From: Fidelibacterota bacterium MT.SAG.2
GTDB lineage: Bacteria > Fidelibacterota > SORT01
NCBI GenBank assembly: GCA_004402915.1
Contig: SORU01000006.1
Coordinates: forward strand, 9,705-73,704
DNA length: 64,000 nucleotides
Direction of reading: 5' to 3'
The translations under genes and the position numbers were made by a program. Under the pieces are notes generated by a model that was not told the DNA's origin, did no database searches, and was given only the letters and a program-made list of their open reading frames with translations. This document shows, one piece after another, positions 48,669 to 58,372 of this stretch. The stretch's first letter is position 1. The number at the start of each line of letters is the position of its first letter.

Positions 48669-49427
48669 ATGAAACTCATTATTCTCGGCTCAGGGAGCTG
48701 CGTCCCAAGCAAAAGAAGGGCGCCTTCCGGTTACTTATTAGAATCAGGGGATGATAAAATACTATTGGATGGAGGCAGCGGGACACTGCGACAAATTGCC
48801 AAGGCAGGAATTAATTACAGTTCGATACAAACTATCATGTACACACATTTTCATGTTGACCATACTGCAGAATTACTTCCACTGCTGTTTGCGCGTAAAC
48901 ATGATCCGTCTCCGTTATTATCCAAGAAGTTGAATATATACGGTCCGGAAGGGATGTTGGAACACATAATACGTTTGGATGGATTTGCAGGTAGTTGGGT
49001 ATATAAAGACAATGACAGTATAACTATCAAAGAATTGAAGGCAAAGGATGAAATAATATTGGGAGGTTGTAGAGTCAGCTGCCACTCAACATATCATCAA
49101 CCTAACAGTCTCGGTTATAGATTCAGATCGGATAGTGGAAAAATCTTTAGTTATACCGGGGATACTGACACAGGAGACAGACTGATTTCATTACTTAAGG
49201 ATGCGGATATTGCAGTTGCAGAATGTTCGTTCCCAGATAGTTCAAAAGTAAAAGGTCATATGACGCCATCCGAAATCGCTCAAATCGCGGAGAGCGCGAA
49301 TGTAAAAAAACTATTGCTTACTCATATGTATCCGGAAATGGATAGTATAGATCCTATTTCTGTCATTAATGAATATTTTAAAGGCATAGTCGAACTTGCC
49401 GAAGATCTCAATGAATATCAAATATAA
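48669..49427 (+). CDS. MBL-fold metallo-hydrolase (RNase Z-like short form)
   Basis: KLIILGSGS ... YTHFHVDH (HxHxDH) ... and a C-terminal His. A TTG at 48663 is an alternative start. Confidence 0.75.
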   Translation: MKLIILGSGSCVPSKRRAPSGYLLESGDDKILLDGGSGTLRQIAKAGINYSSIQTIMYTHFHVDHTAELLPLLFARKHDPSPLLSKKLNIYGPEGMLEHIIRLDGFAGSWVYKDNDSITIKELKAKDEIILGGCRVSCHSTYHQPNSLGYRFRSDSGKIFSYTGDTDTGDRLISLLKDADIAVAECSFPDSSKVKGHMTPSEIAQIAESANVKKLLLTHMYPEMDSIDPISVINEYFKGIVELAEDLNEYQI

Positions 49428-49510
49428 ATACTCCTCGTAGCTTGTAAATCAATACCTCATTGGATATATTTATAGACTAAATTAGCGTAACAAACTAACG
49501 GCGGCTTTGT

Positions 49511-50458
49511 TTGAGAAAATTAGTTTTATTACTACCAATTGGGTTTCTAGCTTATTTACTCTTTTTAGTGGTCATGAATGATACTCCAATGGATAAATTT
49601 CAACGTTCGATCGTATTTGTTCATTATATGAACACATCCATATGGACAATTATTCTCACATCCTCAATACAGTTCTATATGAAATACAAAAGACACAAAC
49701 AGAAGGGAGGGGCATCGCTTATTTATTTCATCCTTGCGATAGCAAGCGTGACACTGCTTATGAACGAACTCTATTTGTTGTTATATTCACTCGACAGCAG
49801 CTATCAGGTTCTTGATAACGGCGGCTTTTTCGGTTTACCCGGACCTTGGATAGCGTCGAAATTAGCAGTTACGGTCGGTGGACTAAGCATTATATACTTA
49901 TATATACAGGGAAGGATTGACAAAATAGCCTTTCAATCTTCTACAGACGAGCTTACAAATATTCCCAACCGCAGAACGCTTGAAGACCTGTTCAGAAGTG
50001 AGTTGTCAAGGTCTAAGAGGCATAAATTCCCAATGAGCTGCGCTATGATAGATATAGACTTTTTCAAGAAATTCAATGATACGTATGGACATCAGACCGG
50101 TGATTATGTTCTTCAGCAAGTTGCTTTAATAATGGATAACGGGAAAAGAGCTCATGATGTGGTGGCAAGGTATGGAGGGGAGGAATTTATATGGCTTCTT
50201 ATCAGTAGTGAGTATGATGACTCGTATCTCGCTTGTGAGCGACTAAGAAAAGAAATTGAAGCCACAGAATTTGAATTCAATGAGAAACCGTTATCAATAA
50301 CGGTAAGTATCGGTGTTTCTTCTTTTCATGGAGACGGCGAAGCAACAGTCAATTCTCTTATTTATAATGCAGACAAGTCGCTATATGAAGCCAAAAATGC
50401 GGGTAGAAACAAGACAATATCTTTTAATGAATCCGATTCTGCAATAGAATCTGGCTGA
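49511..50458 (+). CDS. membrane-anchored diguanylate cyclase (GGDEF)
   Basis: N-terminal hydrophobic segments, then DELTNIPNRR ... active site RYGGEEF with an RxxD I-site (RAHD) five residues upstream. TTG start. Confidence 0.85.
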   Translation: MRKLVLLLPIGFLAYLLFLVVMNDTPMDKFQRSIVFVHYMNTSIWTIILTSSIQFYMKYKRHKQKGGASLIYFILAIASVTLLMNELYLLLYSLDSSYQVLDNGGFFGLPGPWIASKLAVTVGGLSIIYLYIQGRIDKIAFQSSTDELTNIPNRRTLEDLFRSELSRSKRHKFPMSCAMIDIDFFKKFNDTYGHQTGDYVLQQVALIMDNGKRAHDVVARYGGEEFIWLLISSEYDDSYLACERLRKEIEATEFEFNEKPLSITVSIGVSSFHGDGEATVNSLIYNADKSLYEAKNAGRNKTISFNESDSAIESG

Positions 50459-51441
50459 TGAATAACTTCTCTCAGCTTAAAATAATCTTATCTCTCGTCT
50501 TCTCATTAGTGCTATATGGTATAGTCGGTTTTATGATCACTGAAGGCTGGTCATTTGCCGATTCAGTTTATATGACAATAATAACGATCAGCACTGTTGG
50601 TTACAATGAAGTACATGAACTCTCAACAATGGGCAGGTGGCATGTAATAATTTTAATTTTATCGAGTTTAGGCTCTGTTGCTTACGCTTTTTCTTATGTC
50701 ACACAGAAATTACTTGAAACACGTTATTTTTTCAGGAGAAAAATGGAACGTTCAATTGAAAAACTTGAAGATCATTTTATTATCGCAGGATATGGGAGAA
50801 TGGGAAAGAAGATATGCTCGATATTGCAGAATAATAATAAAAAATATGTCGTGATAGATAAAAATGAGCAATCGGATGATTCCTTGCAAAAGCACGAGTT
50901 ATATTATTTAGAGGGTGATGTAACGGATGATGGAATACTAACAAAAGCGGGAGTGTCCAGAGCGAAAGGGTTAGTGACCGTAGTTGATTCTGTATCCGAT
51001 AACGTTTATTGCACGCTGACTGCAAGGTCTCTAAACGACTCTCTATTTATAGTGTCACGCTCTGTCAGCGAAAGAGGCACTACTAATTTACTTCGAGCGG
51101 GGGCAGATAAAGTAATAAATCCATATGATGCAGGGGGTCATGCTATGGCACAAATATTGTTGAAACCTTCAGCAGTTGAATTTATAGAATTGACAACCGG
51201 AAGCGAAACCTTAGGATTTGTCATAGATGAAATACCGATTATCGATTCATCACCCTTGATAGGAAAATCTATAAAAAATTCTAAAATACGTGATGATTAT
51301 AATATTCTGATTGCAGCGATTAAGGACTCTGATGGTAGTATTAATTTTAATCCTAAGTCTGATGTCACCTTATCAAAAGGTGATACGTTAATTGCATTTG
51401 GAAAATTAGAGAATATTAACGCATTAGGCTCATTAAAATAG
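50458..51441 (+). CDS. two-TM potassium-channel homologue with RCK (TrkA-N/TrkA-C) domains and an atypical TVGYN filter
   Basis: Pore helix/filter SVYMTIITISTVGYNE, Rossmann IIAGYGRMGKKI, and a C-terminal TrkA-C-like domain. The ATG overlaps the cyclase TGA by 1 nt. Confidence 0.8.
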   Translation: MNNFSQLKIILSLVFSLVLYGIVGFMITEGWSFADSVYMTIITISTVGYNEVHELSTMGRWHVIILILSSLGSVAYAFSYVTQKLLETRYFFRRKMERSIEKLEDHFIIAGYGRMGKKICSILQNNNKKYVVIDKNEQSDDSLQKHELYYLEGDVTDDGILTKAGVSRAKGLVTVVDSVSDNVYCTLTARSLNDSLFIVSRSVSERGTTNLLRAGADKVINPYDAGGHAMAQILLKPSAVEFIELTTGSETLGFVIDEIPIIDSSPLIGKSIKNSKIRDDYNILIAAIKDSDGSINFNPKSDVTLSKGDTLIAFGKLENINALGSLK

Positions 51442-51452
51442 GAAGGTATGCG

Positions 51453-51755
51453 ATGTCTAAAGATAAAATGAAAATAGATGATTTTACTCTTATTAACACG
51501 AAATTTATTGAATTTGAAAAACGATTGGACCTTTTGCATGGGAGTATCAAGGAAATGAACAATGCGATCGATATGCTTGTACGATTTTCCATGACGGCTA
51601 AAGCATTTATGGAGTTATCTATATCACAAGGTATGATAGATCCGGATGAATTAAATAAATTAGCCTCAAAATATGAGACGACTTACAGTGATAATTTGAA
51701 TATTGCCGACACTGAAACTGAATTTATATCGAAATTCTCGAGAAACCTTTACTGA
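51453..51755 (+). CDS. hypothetical 100-aa protein
   Basis: The ORF starts 11 nt after the channel gene. It is predicted helical. I recognise no family. Confidence 0.45.
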   Translation: MSKDKMKIDDFTLINTKFIEFEKRLDLLHGSIKEMNNAIDMLVRFSMTAKAFMELSISQGMIDPDELNKLASKYETTYSDNLNIADTETEFISKFSRNLY

Positions 51756-51854
51756 TCTGTTTCTCAGACAGGGACGGTGCAGAGAAGCGGAATCCTATAA
51801 CGACGCATAACATATATTATGTATAGTTAGGAGTTATCCAATAATACTACCATT

Positions 51855-52250
51855 TTAGGGCGTATCTTCCACCTTATTTCTGTCGACACATTTGCCGTTT
51901 AGGCAGAGTAATTGTGGTGCTTCTGCCTGACTACAGTCTGATGAATAGCCGTACCGTGCATTTATAACCTCATTCCAATCGTTATACTCATCGACCTTCT
52001 CTTGTATTTTGAGAGTATCGCTGTTTATCGACGAATAAATCAGATATTCCCAGGGACCGCCGCACGGTTTTGCCCCAAAAGGCAGCGCTCTGCATTCGTT
52101 TAATTCCGAGCAATTTGCCTCGCCTACAAGCAAATCTAATTCAGTTTTAAGGGCTGCTTAACGGGCTAAATCATCGTTTTCATTAAAATCATCCCCACAT
52201 GAATATGTCAATACGAGAATTAACGGTAATAAATAAACGTGTGCTGCCAT
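51855..52250 (-). pseudogene. Cys-rich lipoprotein gene interrupted by an in-frame TAA at codon 31
   Basis: The minus-strand ATG at 52250 encodes MAAHVYLLPLILVLTYSCGDDFNENDDLAR (signal peptide plus lipobox). A TAA follows at 52160-52158, and the same frame continues AALKTELDLLVGEANCSELNEC ... into the 92-aa ORF 51855..52133. I verified the frame codon by codon. Confidence 0.65.
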
Positions 52251-52260
52251 CGGTCACTCA

Positions 52261-54687
52261 TTATTTTATCAGAAAGTTCACGAGTTTGTCTTTAATTACA
52301 ATACTTTTCAGCAATGTTTTACCTTCCATATGTTTTTTTATATTAGGCAGTTCAAGAGCGCTGTCAACTAAAACATCATCGGACTCACCTGATTTAATTT
52401 CAAAAGTGCCTCTCAGCTTGCCTAATATTTGGACTGCAACTGTGATAGTTTCTGATTTAGCGATCTCATCGTCCCATTCAGGCCATCTATGATCAAACAG
52501 TGAACCTTTATGTCCGAATTGCTCCCATAATTCTTCCGATAAATGAGGAGCAAACGGCGCTAATAAGAGTATTAATTTCTCTAAAAGGTCCTTATTAACA
52601 GCTTCGGCTTTATACATTTCATTCACATATTCCATTATTCTGCTGATTGCCGTGTTAAAACGCATATCCTGAATGTCATTTGTAACTTCTTTGATAGTTC
52701 GGTGCATTACGCTTGTCAGGTTCTTATTCGAATTATCATTAATATTGATATCCGTTTCACCTCTGCACAGGCGCCACGCTCTATTCAAGAAACGGTGAAT
52801 CCCCAATATTCCTGAATCATTCCAATCGCCGCCTTCGTCGTATGGCCCCATGAACATCAGATACATTCTAAATGTATCAGAGCCATAGTTTTCAATAAAA
52901 GGATCAGGACTAACGACATTATCTTTGGATTTGGACATTTTAACGCCGTCCTTAGTGATGATGCCCTGATGAAATAAATTTGTGAACGGTTCTTCAAAAT
53001 TCAATAATTTTTTATCATATAAAGCCATGCATATGAAACGCGCGTATAACAAATGCATTGTAGCGTGATCTTGACCGCCAATATATTGATCCACCGGCAG
53101 CCATTTATTTACCAATTCACTGTCCCAAGCGCCCTCAGAGTAATGAGGATTCGTGTATCGAAGGAAATACCAGGACGAATCCACAAAAGTATCCATCGTA
53201 TCCACTTCCCTCCTGCCTTTTAATCCGCATTTCGGACAATCAACATTCAGAAATGAATCCGATTCAGCCAACGGAGAATTTTCGGAGCCGATATTTTTCT
53301 CAAGGTCAATATCTTCGGGTAATATAACGGGGAGATCTTCCTCAGGAACCGGAACCGTTCCGCAGCTGTCGCAATAGATTATCGGTATCGGAGCTCCCCA
53401 ATAACGCTGTCTGGAAATAAGCCAATCCCGTAATCTGTAATTTACCGACTGATGACCCTTCCCTTGAGATTCCAACTCTTCTGTAATCTTGACTATTCCC
53501 TCTTTGTAGTCCAGCCCATTATAGGATTCAGAATTTATTAAGATTCCTTCTCCGCTGCATACACTTTTAGTCAAGTCAACTTCCTCTTTATTATACGGCT
53601 CGATAACCTGTATGATAGGAAGATTGAATTTTGTGGCGAATTCCCAATCTCTTTGATCGTGACCGGGAGTCCCGAATATCGCTCCTGAACCGTAACCCGT
53701 CAGAACAAAATCAGAGGTCCATATAGGTATTTTTTCTTTAGTGATCGGGTTTACGGCATATGCGCCGGTAAAAACGCCGGTCTTCTCTCTATCAGTAGTG
53801 ATCCGTTCGATTTCGCTTCTGTTCTGTACGCTCTCGATATACTCCGTTACTTCTTTACTTTTGTCATCTGTTGTCACATGATTCAAGATATGATGTTCCG
53901 GAGCGATTACGATAAATGTAGCGCCATATATAGTATCAACACGAGTTGTAAATATTTCTATGGTTTCATCTTGACCGGCTACCTCAAAAAACAAGGTCGT
54001 ACCTTCTGATCTGCCGATCCAATTTCGCTGCATCATTTTTGTTGATTTCGGCCAATTGATCTTATCAAGTCCTTCCAATAACCGATCAGAGTATTTTGTG
54101 ATCTTAAAGAACCACTGTGACAGTTCCTTTCGTTCTACGTCAGTACCGCACCGTTCACATTTGCCTTCTCTTACCTGTTCGTTCGCGAGCACGGTAAGAC
54201 ACGATGGGCACCAATTAACGGGAGCTTTTTCTCTATGAGCGAGACCCATTTCAAAGAGTTTAAGAAAGAGCCATTGAGTCCACTTATAATATTCAGGGTC
54301 AGACGTGTTCAGGTACTTATCCCAATCATACATTGCCCCGATTCTTCGGAGTTGAGTGGTCATATATTCAATATTGTTCCGTGTCGAAACTGCCGGATGT
54401 ATTCCATGCTTGATCGCATAGTTTTCGGCAGGCAATCCGAATGCGTCAAATCCCATCGGTTCGAAAACCTTGAACCCTTGCATCTTTTTAAAGCGAGCCC
54501 ATGTGTCGCTTGGTCCATAATTATACCAATGCCCGATATGAAGCTTATCCCCCGATGGATAGCTGAACATTACAAGCGCATATAACTTATTTTCGGAATC
54601 GGAAAGATCTATGTTATACTTTTTCTCTTCCCGCCATTTTTCCTGCCATTTTTCTTCGATCTTCTTGTGGTCAAAAATTTCAGACAT
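52261..54687 (-). CDS. leuS: leucine--tRNA ligase
   Basis: 808 aa. HIGH-type motif (PSGDKLHIGH), KMSKS (VKMSKSK), and a CP1 editing domain. Confidence 0.95.
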   Translation of the reverse strand: MSEIFDHKKIEEKWQEKWREEKKYNIDLSDSENKLYALVMFSYPSGDKLHIGHWYNYGPSDTWARFKKMQGFKVFEPMGFDAFGLPAENYAIKHGIHPAVSTRNNIEYMTTQLRRIGAMYDWDKYLNTSDPEYYKWTQWLFLKLFEMGLAHREKAPVNWCPSCLTVLANEQVREGKCERCGTDVERKELSQWFFKITKYSDRLLEGLDKINWPKSTKMMQRNWIGRSEGTTLFFEVAGQDETIEIFTTRVDTIYGATFIVIAPEHHILNHVTTDDKSKEVTEYIESVQNRSEIERITTDREKTGVFTGAYAVNPITKEKIPIWTSDFVLTGYGSGAIFGTPGHDQRDWEFATKFNLPIIQVIEPYNKEEVDLTKSVCSGEGILINSESYNGLDYKEGIVKITEELESQGKGHQSVNYRLRDWLISRQRYWGAPIPIIYCDSCGTVPVPEEDLPVILPEDIDLEKNIGSENSPLAESDSFLNVDCPKCGLKGRREVDTMDTFVDSSWYFLRYTNPHYSEGAWDSELVNKWLPVDQYIGGQDHATMHLLYARFICMALYDKKLLNFEEPFTNLFHQGIITKDGVKMSKSKDNVVSPDPFIENYGSDTFRMYLMFMGPYDEGGDWNDSGILGIHRFLNRAWRLCRGETDININDNSNKNLTSVMHRTIKEVTNDIQDMRFNTAISRIMEYVNEMYKAEAVNKDLLEKLILLLAPFAPHLSEELWEQFGHKGSLFDHRWPEWDDEIAKSETITVAVQILGKLRGTFEIKSGESDDVLVDSALELPNIKKHMEGKTLLKSIVIKDKLVNFLIK

Positions 54688-54818
54688 CAGTTAATACCGC
54701 AACTCCCGATAAAATTATCTCTTTAATAAATTAACAGTCCGAATTATACATAAAAAGAGACTGCAAGTCAAGAAATGAGAGAATTGCTGTCGTTGATGTA
54801 AGAAATTAGATTTGTTTT

Positions 54819-55274
54819 TTAGGCAAAAACGCGCCGATCAATTGAAACTCTTCGTTTTGCTTCTATACGCCTTTTAGCGAGCTCCCGTCTTTCATAAATG
54901 GATCGTCTATCACTGTCAGAGCGTTTGTCATAGCTATCAAACGCTGCCACATTCAACCTTCTAAGTTGTGGTGAGCGACGAATCGTAAGAGCTCGCCGAA
55001 TTTCTTCGATCCTCCTATTGGCAGGGGTTCTTCTTTCGCTATCATTGTTTCTCATACGAAGGTTTATTGTATGACCGATAATTTCGATTCCGTCAAGTAC
55101 ATTTATCGCTGCACTCGCTTCACCGTCATTTTTCATCTCTACGAATGCGATAGGTAGATCACTCTGTCTGTCACGTAGAATTTTGATTTCCCCCACCTCA
55201 CCAAAAGGTTTAAAGATAAGATCTAAATCATCTTCAGTAACCAAAAGCGATAAATTTGAAATGAATATTTTCAT
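54819..55274 (-). CDS. RRM-type RNA-binding protein with periodic Arg-Arg C-terminal tail
   Basis: RNP2 KIFISNL and RNP1-like PIAFVEM within an ~75-aa RRM. The C-terminal 70 aa contain ten RR dipeptides spaced exactly 6 residues apart. Confidence 0.8.
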   Translation of the reverse strand: MKIFISNLSLLVTEDDLDLIFKPFGEVGEIKILRDRQSDLPIAFVEMKNDGEASAAINVLDGIEIIGHTINLRMRNNDSERRTPANRRIEEIRRALTIRRSPQLRRLNVAAFDSYDKRSDSDRRSIYERRELAKRRIEAKRRVSIDRRVFA

Positions 55275-55418
55275 CTCTCTCCCAGCATTAAAGTCAATAA
55301 TCTACACATTTATTTTGCATGTAGGTCAGAACTTGGACAATGTCCATAAAAACCAATTAAAAATCAATAGTTTTTTAATAAGAAAATAAAATAATACAAA
55401 ACTGCATTTTAATCATTG

Positions 55419-55492
55419 TCGGGGTGGCGAGATTTGAACTCGCGACCTCTTGCTCCCGAAGCAAGCGCGCTGCCGGGCTGCGCCACACCCCG
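55419..55492 (-). tRNA. tRNA-Pro (anticodon CGG)
   Basis: The reverse complement folds as acceptor CGGGGTG/CACCCCG, D arm GCGC-AGCCCGGCA-GCGC, anticodon arm CTTGC-TTCGGGA-GCAAG, T arm GCGAG-TTCAAAT-CTCGC, discriminator A. Confidence 0.9.
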
Positions 55493-55550
55493 CTCTATAT
55501 TCAGCGGAATAACTTACTGTTGTTCTATATTTTGAGCAAGGTATAATTCA

Positions 55551-56174
55551 TCAAATAACGTACTTTACTACTGCCATCCCTAGTCCAAGCAGCAGCATAA
55601 AAGCAACTGCCAATAAATTGAAGTATTTGTCTATGAATACTTTAATCGTTGGTCCAAATCGGTAGATAAGAGCAGCAAGAAGAAAGAACCTCGCCCCTCT
55701 TGACAGAATCGAAGCGAATAAGAGCACAAACAGATTTATGTCAAAAACACCCGCAGCTATTGTAAAGACTTTGAATGGAATAGGAGTAAACCCGGCGATC
55801 GTGATAGCTGCGAAGGCATTTTCGTTATATTTTTGCGCTACATAATCGAACTGCTCGTGTATGCCGTAGAATTCTATTATCCGGTTTCCAACAGTGTCAA
55901 AGAAAAACATTCCTATCGTATATCCCAACATCGCCCCTAAAACTGAGGCGATCGTGCAATACATCGCTATCTTGAATGACTTTTTTGGGATCGCCACAGC
56001 CAATGCTATCAGCAATACATCGGGCGGAATCGGAAAGAATGATGCCTCGGCGAATGACAACATAAAGAGCGCCGGCACGCCATAGGGAGTTTCCGCCCAA
56101 TGAAGCACCCAATCGTATAATTTTCTAATCCAAACCAAAGGATTAAAACTGATCTTAACGTTTTCTTCTACCAA
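55551..56174 (-). CDS. YqaA/DedA-superfamily membrane protein
   Basis: YGVPALFMLSFAEASFFPIPPDVLLIAL is the YqaA/SNARE-associated (VTT) domain pattern. Confidence 0.65.
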   Translation of the reverse strand: MVEENVKISFNPLVWIRKLYDWVLHWAETPYGVPALFMLSFAEASFFPIPPDVLLIALAVAIPKKSFKIAMYCTIASVLGAMLGYTIGMFFFDTVGNRIIEFYGIHEQFDYVAQKYNENAFAAITIAGFTPIPFKVFTIAAGVFDINLFVLLFASILSRGARFFLLAALIYRFGPTIKVFIDKYFNLLAVAFMLLLGLGMAVVKYVI

Positions 56175-56839
56175 AAAAAACTCCTTAAATATAGTGAAAC
56201 GAATTTCAGGGTGTCGCTGAATCTGTTTATATTGCTGGCTTCCTCGTTGTAGATCGTAGGAATATAAACAGACCCGATACTAAAACCACATGATGATGCT
56301 TTTAACAAAATCTCCGTTTCAGCCATGAAGCGATCTTCAGTCGTTGTCACTTTTTCCAGCACTTCTCGTTTCAGTAACCGGTACCCGCTTTGACTGTCCG
56401 GTATCTTTTGTCCGGTCCGTATTGAGATAAGGAACGAAGTTATCCTATTCGATAATCTCCGGTCTAAGGGCATCTTCGTGCCTGAACGCCATCGTGATCC
56501 GATGATAATTCCCCAATCTTCCTGTTTTTTATGTAGGTCCAGAAACTTGACGATATATGTCGGATCATGTTGCAGATCCGCGTCTAAGGTTATTACCGCA
56601 TCGCAATCATATTTTAACGCAGCGCTGAATCCACTGCGTAAAGCCGCTCCCTTGCCTCTGTTTTTGTCATGCACGATTATTGTAGCTCCGGATTGTTCGA
56701 CGAGAGAGCGGGTCTTATCTGTTGAACCGTCATCGATTACGATGATATTTTCCCTCGGAATGAACGACACGCATCCGTGAATGACACGCGCTATAGTGCT
56801 TTCCGCATTATATGCAGGAATGATCACAAACAGGTTCAA
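56168..56839 (-). CDS. family 2 glycosyltransferase (polyprenyl-phosphate sugar synthase-like)
   Basis: VIIPAYNAE ... VIDDGSTDKT ... GKGAALRSG ... LDADLQHDP. Confidence 0.8.
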   Translation of the reverse strand: MNLFVIIPAYNAESTIARVIHGCVSFIPRENIIVIDDGSTDKTRSLVEQSGATIIVHDKNRGKGAALRSGFSAALKYDCDAVITLDADLQHDPTYIVKFLDLHKKQEDWGIIIGSRWRSGTKMPLDRRLSNRITSFLISIRTGQKIPDSQSGYRLLKREVLEKVTTTEDRFMAETEILLKASSCGFSIGSVYIPTIYNEEASNINRFSDTLKFVSLYLRSFFW

Positions 56840-57021
56840 TTAAAGGCTATTCATCTTTCAGTTAAATCTAAATATTTTCATAAATTCAAATGAAAAAGTA
56901 AATCTAAACCCACAAATCCGCAAGTTAATAATGCACCAAAGCTATTATTCATATGACAAATTTGATAATGACACTTTAATAGACATTTATATTTGCCTTT
57001 ATACGATTATCTGATATATTT

Positions 57022-57878
57022 ATGTATGAGATGAATAATGATCTGCTGAACAAAACGATACAGACTCTCCGCTTGCATGGTCTCATTTGGGCGGTCTTGA
57101 TTCCTTCCGCATACATCTCTTTTCTCTCAATCAAGTTTATTCACGAGGTGGTCGGACACGGCATTGTTAGCTTATTATTGGGAATCGAATGGCATGGTTT
57201 CGGTCTGACAAGCGTCAGCGTCACTATACCCGCTGATATGGCGCCGTTAAAGCTTTCTGTCTATTATTTGGCGGGAAATATATCGGTATTCTTATTAGGG
57301 ATCATACTTTTTAAACTGATCAGCAGAAAAATAAATAGACCTTCGCTTCGATTCATGATAGTGACTGTAGCAACGGCATCATTTCTTACTTCCGCCCTCC
57401 CCGCTACTCTCTTATTCTGGATCAGTGAGAGCGATTACATCTCCTCTTTAAGTGTGATAGGTTTAGACTCTCTTCTCTCTACTGCGCTCTTTTCGCTATC
57501 CGGAAGTGTACTGTTCTTCTATACGGGTCCTACTCGATCACCAGGCTGTTGGAAGAAGCGTGGACAGGATTGGAAGAACCTAAGAATAGATACGGGAGCG
57601 CTTTTCTAACGTTGGGAATTCCCCTGAACGTCATGTTCATAGTCCTGATATTCTACAACTTCTATATCTCTCCAAATACAGGTATGTTAACCATTTCAGC
57701 TGTGATGGGAATAAGTTTTAATCTGATGTTGCCCTCGGCGGCTTCTCATGTAAGATTACAGCCGGATAAACGCAGAATCCGCAAAGTAGGGCTTATGATA
57801 CTGACCTACATCGCAATTTTCCTGTTTATATTGCACTATACTACTATGGACAAGATGATTATCTGGTCGGCGCCTTAA
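57022..57878 (+). pseudogene. HExxH membrane protein (M50B-like), apparently split by a -1 frame change near 57525-57550
   Basis: ORF 57022..57609 has FIHEVVGHG in a TM segment and ends in a non-hydrophobic, Arg/Lys-rich tail. The overlapping ORF 57549..57878 is open upstream in its own frame and continues with TM segments. The two overlap by 61 nt. Confidence 0.4.
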
Positions 57879-57913
57879 AATATTTTTTTAGCTTCAATCA
57901 GTGCAAGTTGATG

Positions 57914-58120
57914 CTATACATCAATAAGTTCACTTATTGTGACTGCCTCAGGAATAGGAGTTCCATCTTCACGAAGGCTTTTTAAATGAAGTTCAATTGC
58001 TTCCCGAATTAATTTTTTAACTTCATATTGGGTTTCCGCAACAACCACACAACCGGGCAGATCCGGAACATATGCGCCATAATTAGTATCCGTTTTTTCG
58101 ATAATTACTACATATTGCAT
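57914..58120 (-). CDS. hicB: HicB-family (UPF0150) antitoxin-like protein, no intact HicA partner
   Basis: MQYVVIIEKTDTNYGAYVPDLPGCVVVAETQYEVKKLIREAIELHL ... GTPIPE is the HicB N-terminal domain pattern. GGAGA lies upstream of the ATG. Confidence 0.75.
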   Translation of the reverse strand: MQYVVIIEKTDTNYGAYVPDLPGCVVVAETQYEVKKLIREAIELHLKSLREDGTPIPEAVTISELIDV

Positions 58121-58283
58121 TTATTTCTCCAATAGTTCATATAAAAGTACCAGCCATCATTTTTCAACATATAGATTATTTTTCTTACTTTCATTTCCGT
58201 ATAGAAAATACGACAAATTCATTATTTTCACACTGAAATTCAGTTTTGATTTGGATGTTTGTATCAGTAAATTAGCTAGTGCA

Positions 58284-58357
<74 letters not shown>

Positions 58358-58372
58358 CTTAAAAACCGTATT

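Noticed and set aside
58121-58200. Possible hicA toxin remnant upstream of hicB. A short frame reads MLKNDGWYFYMNYWRNKCNM, and LKNDGWY resembles the HicA LEK-GW motif.
   Set aside because: It is only 20 codons with no GSH/His motif, and the resemblance rests on about 5 residues. That is too weak to call even a pseudogene. hicB is therefore reported as an orphan.
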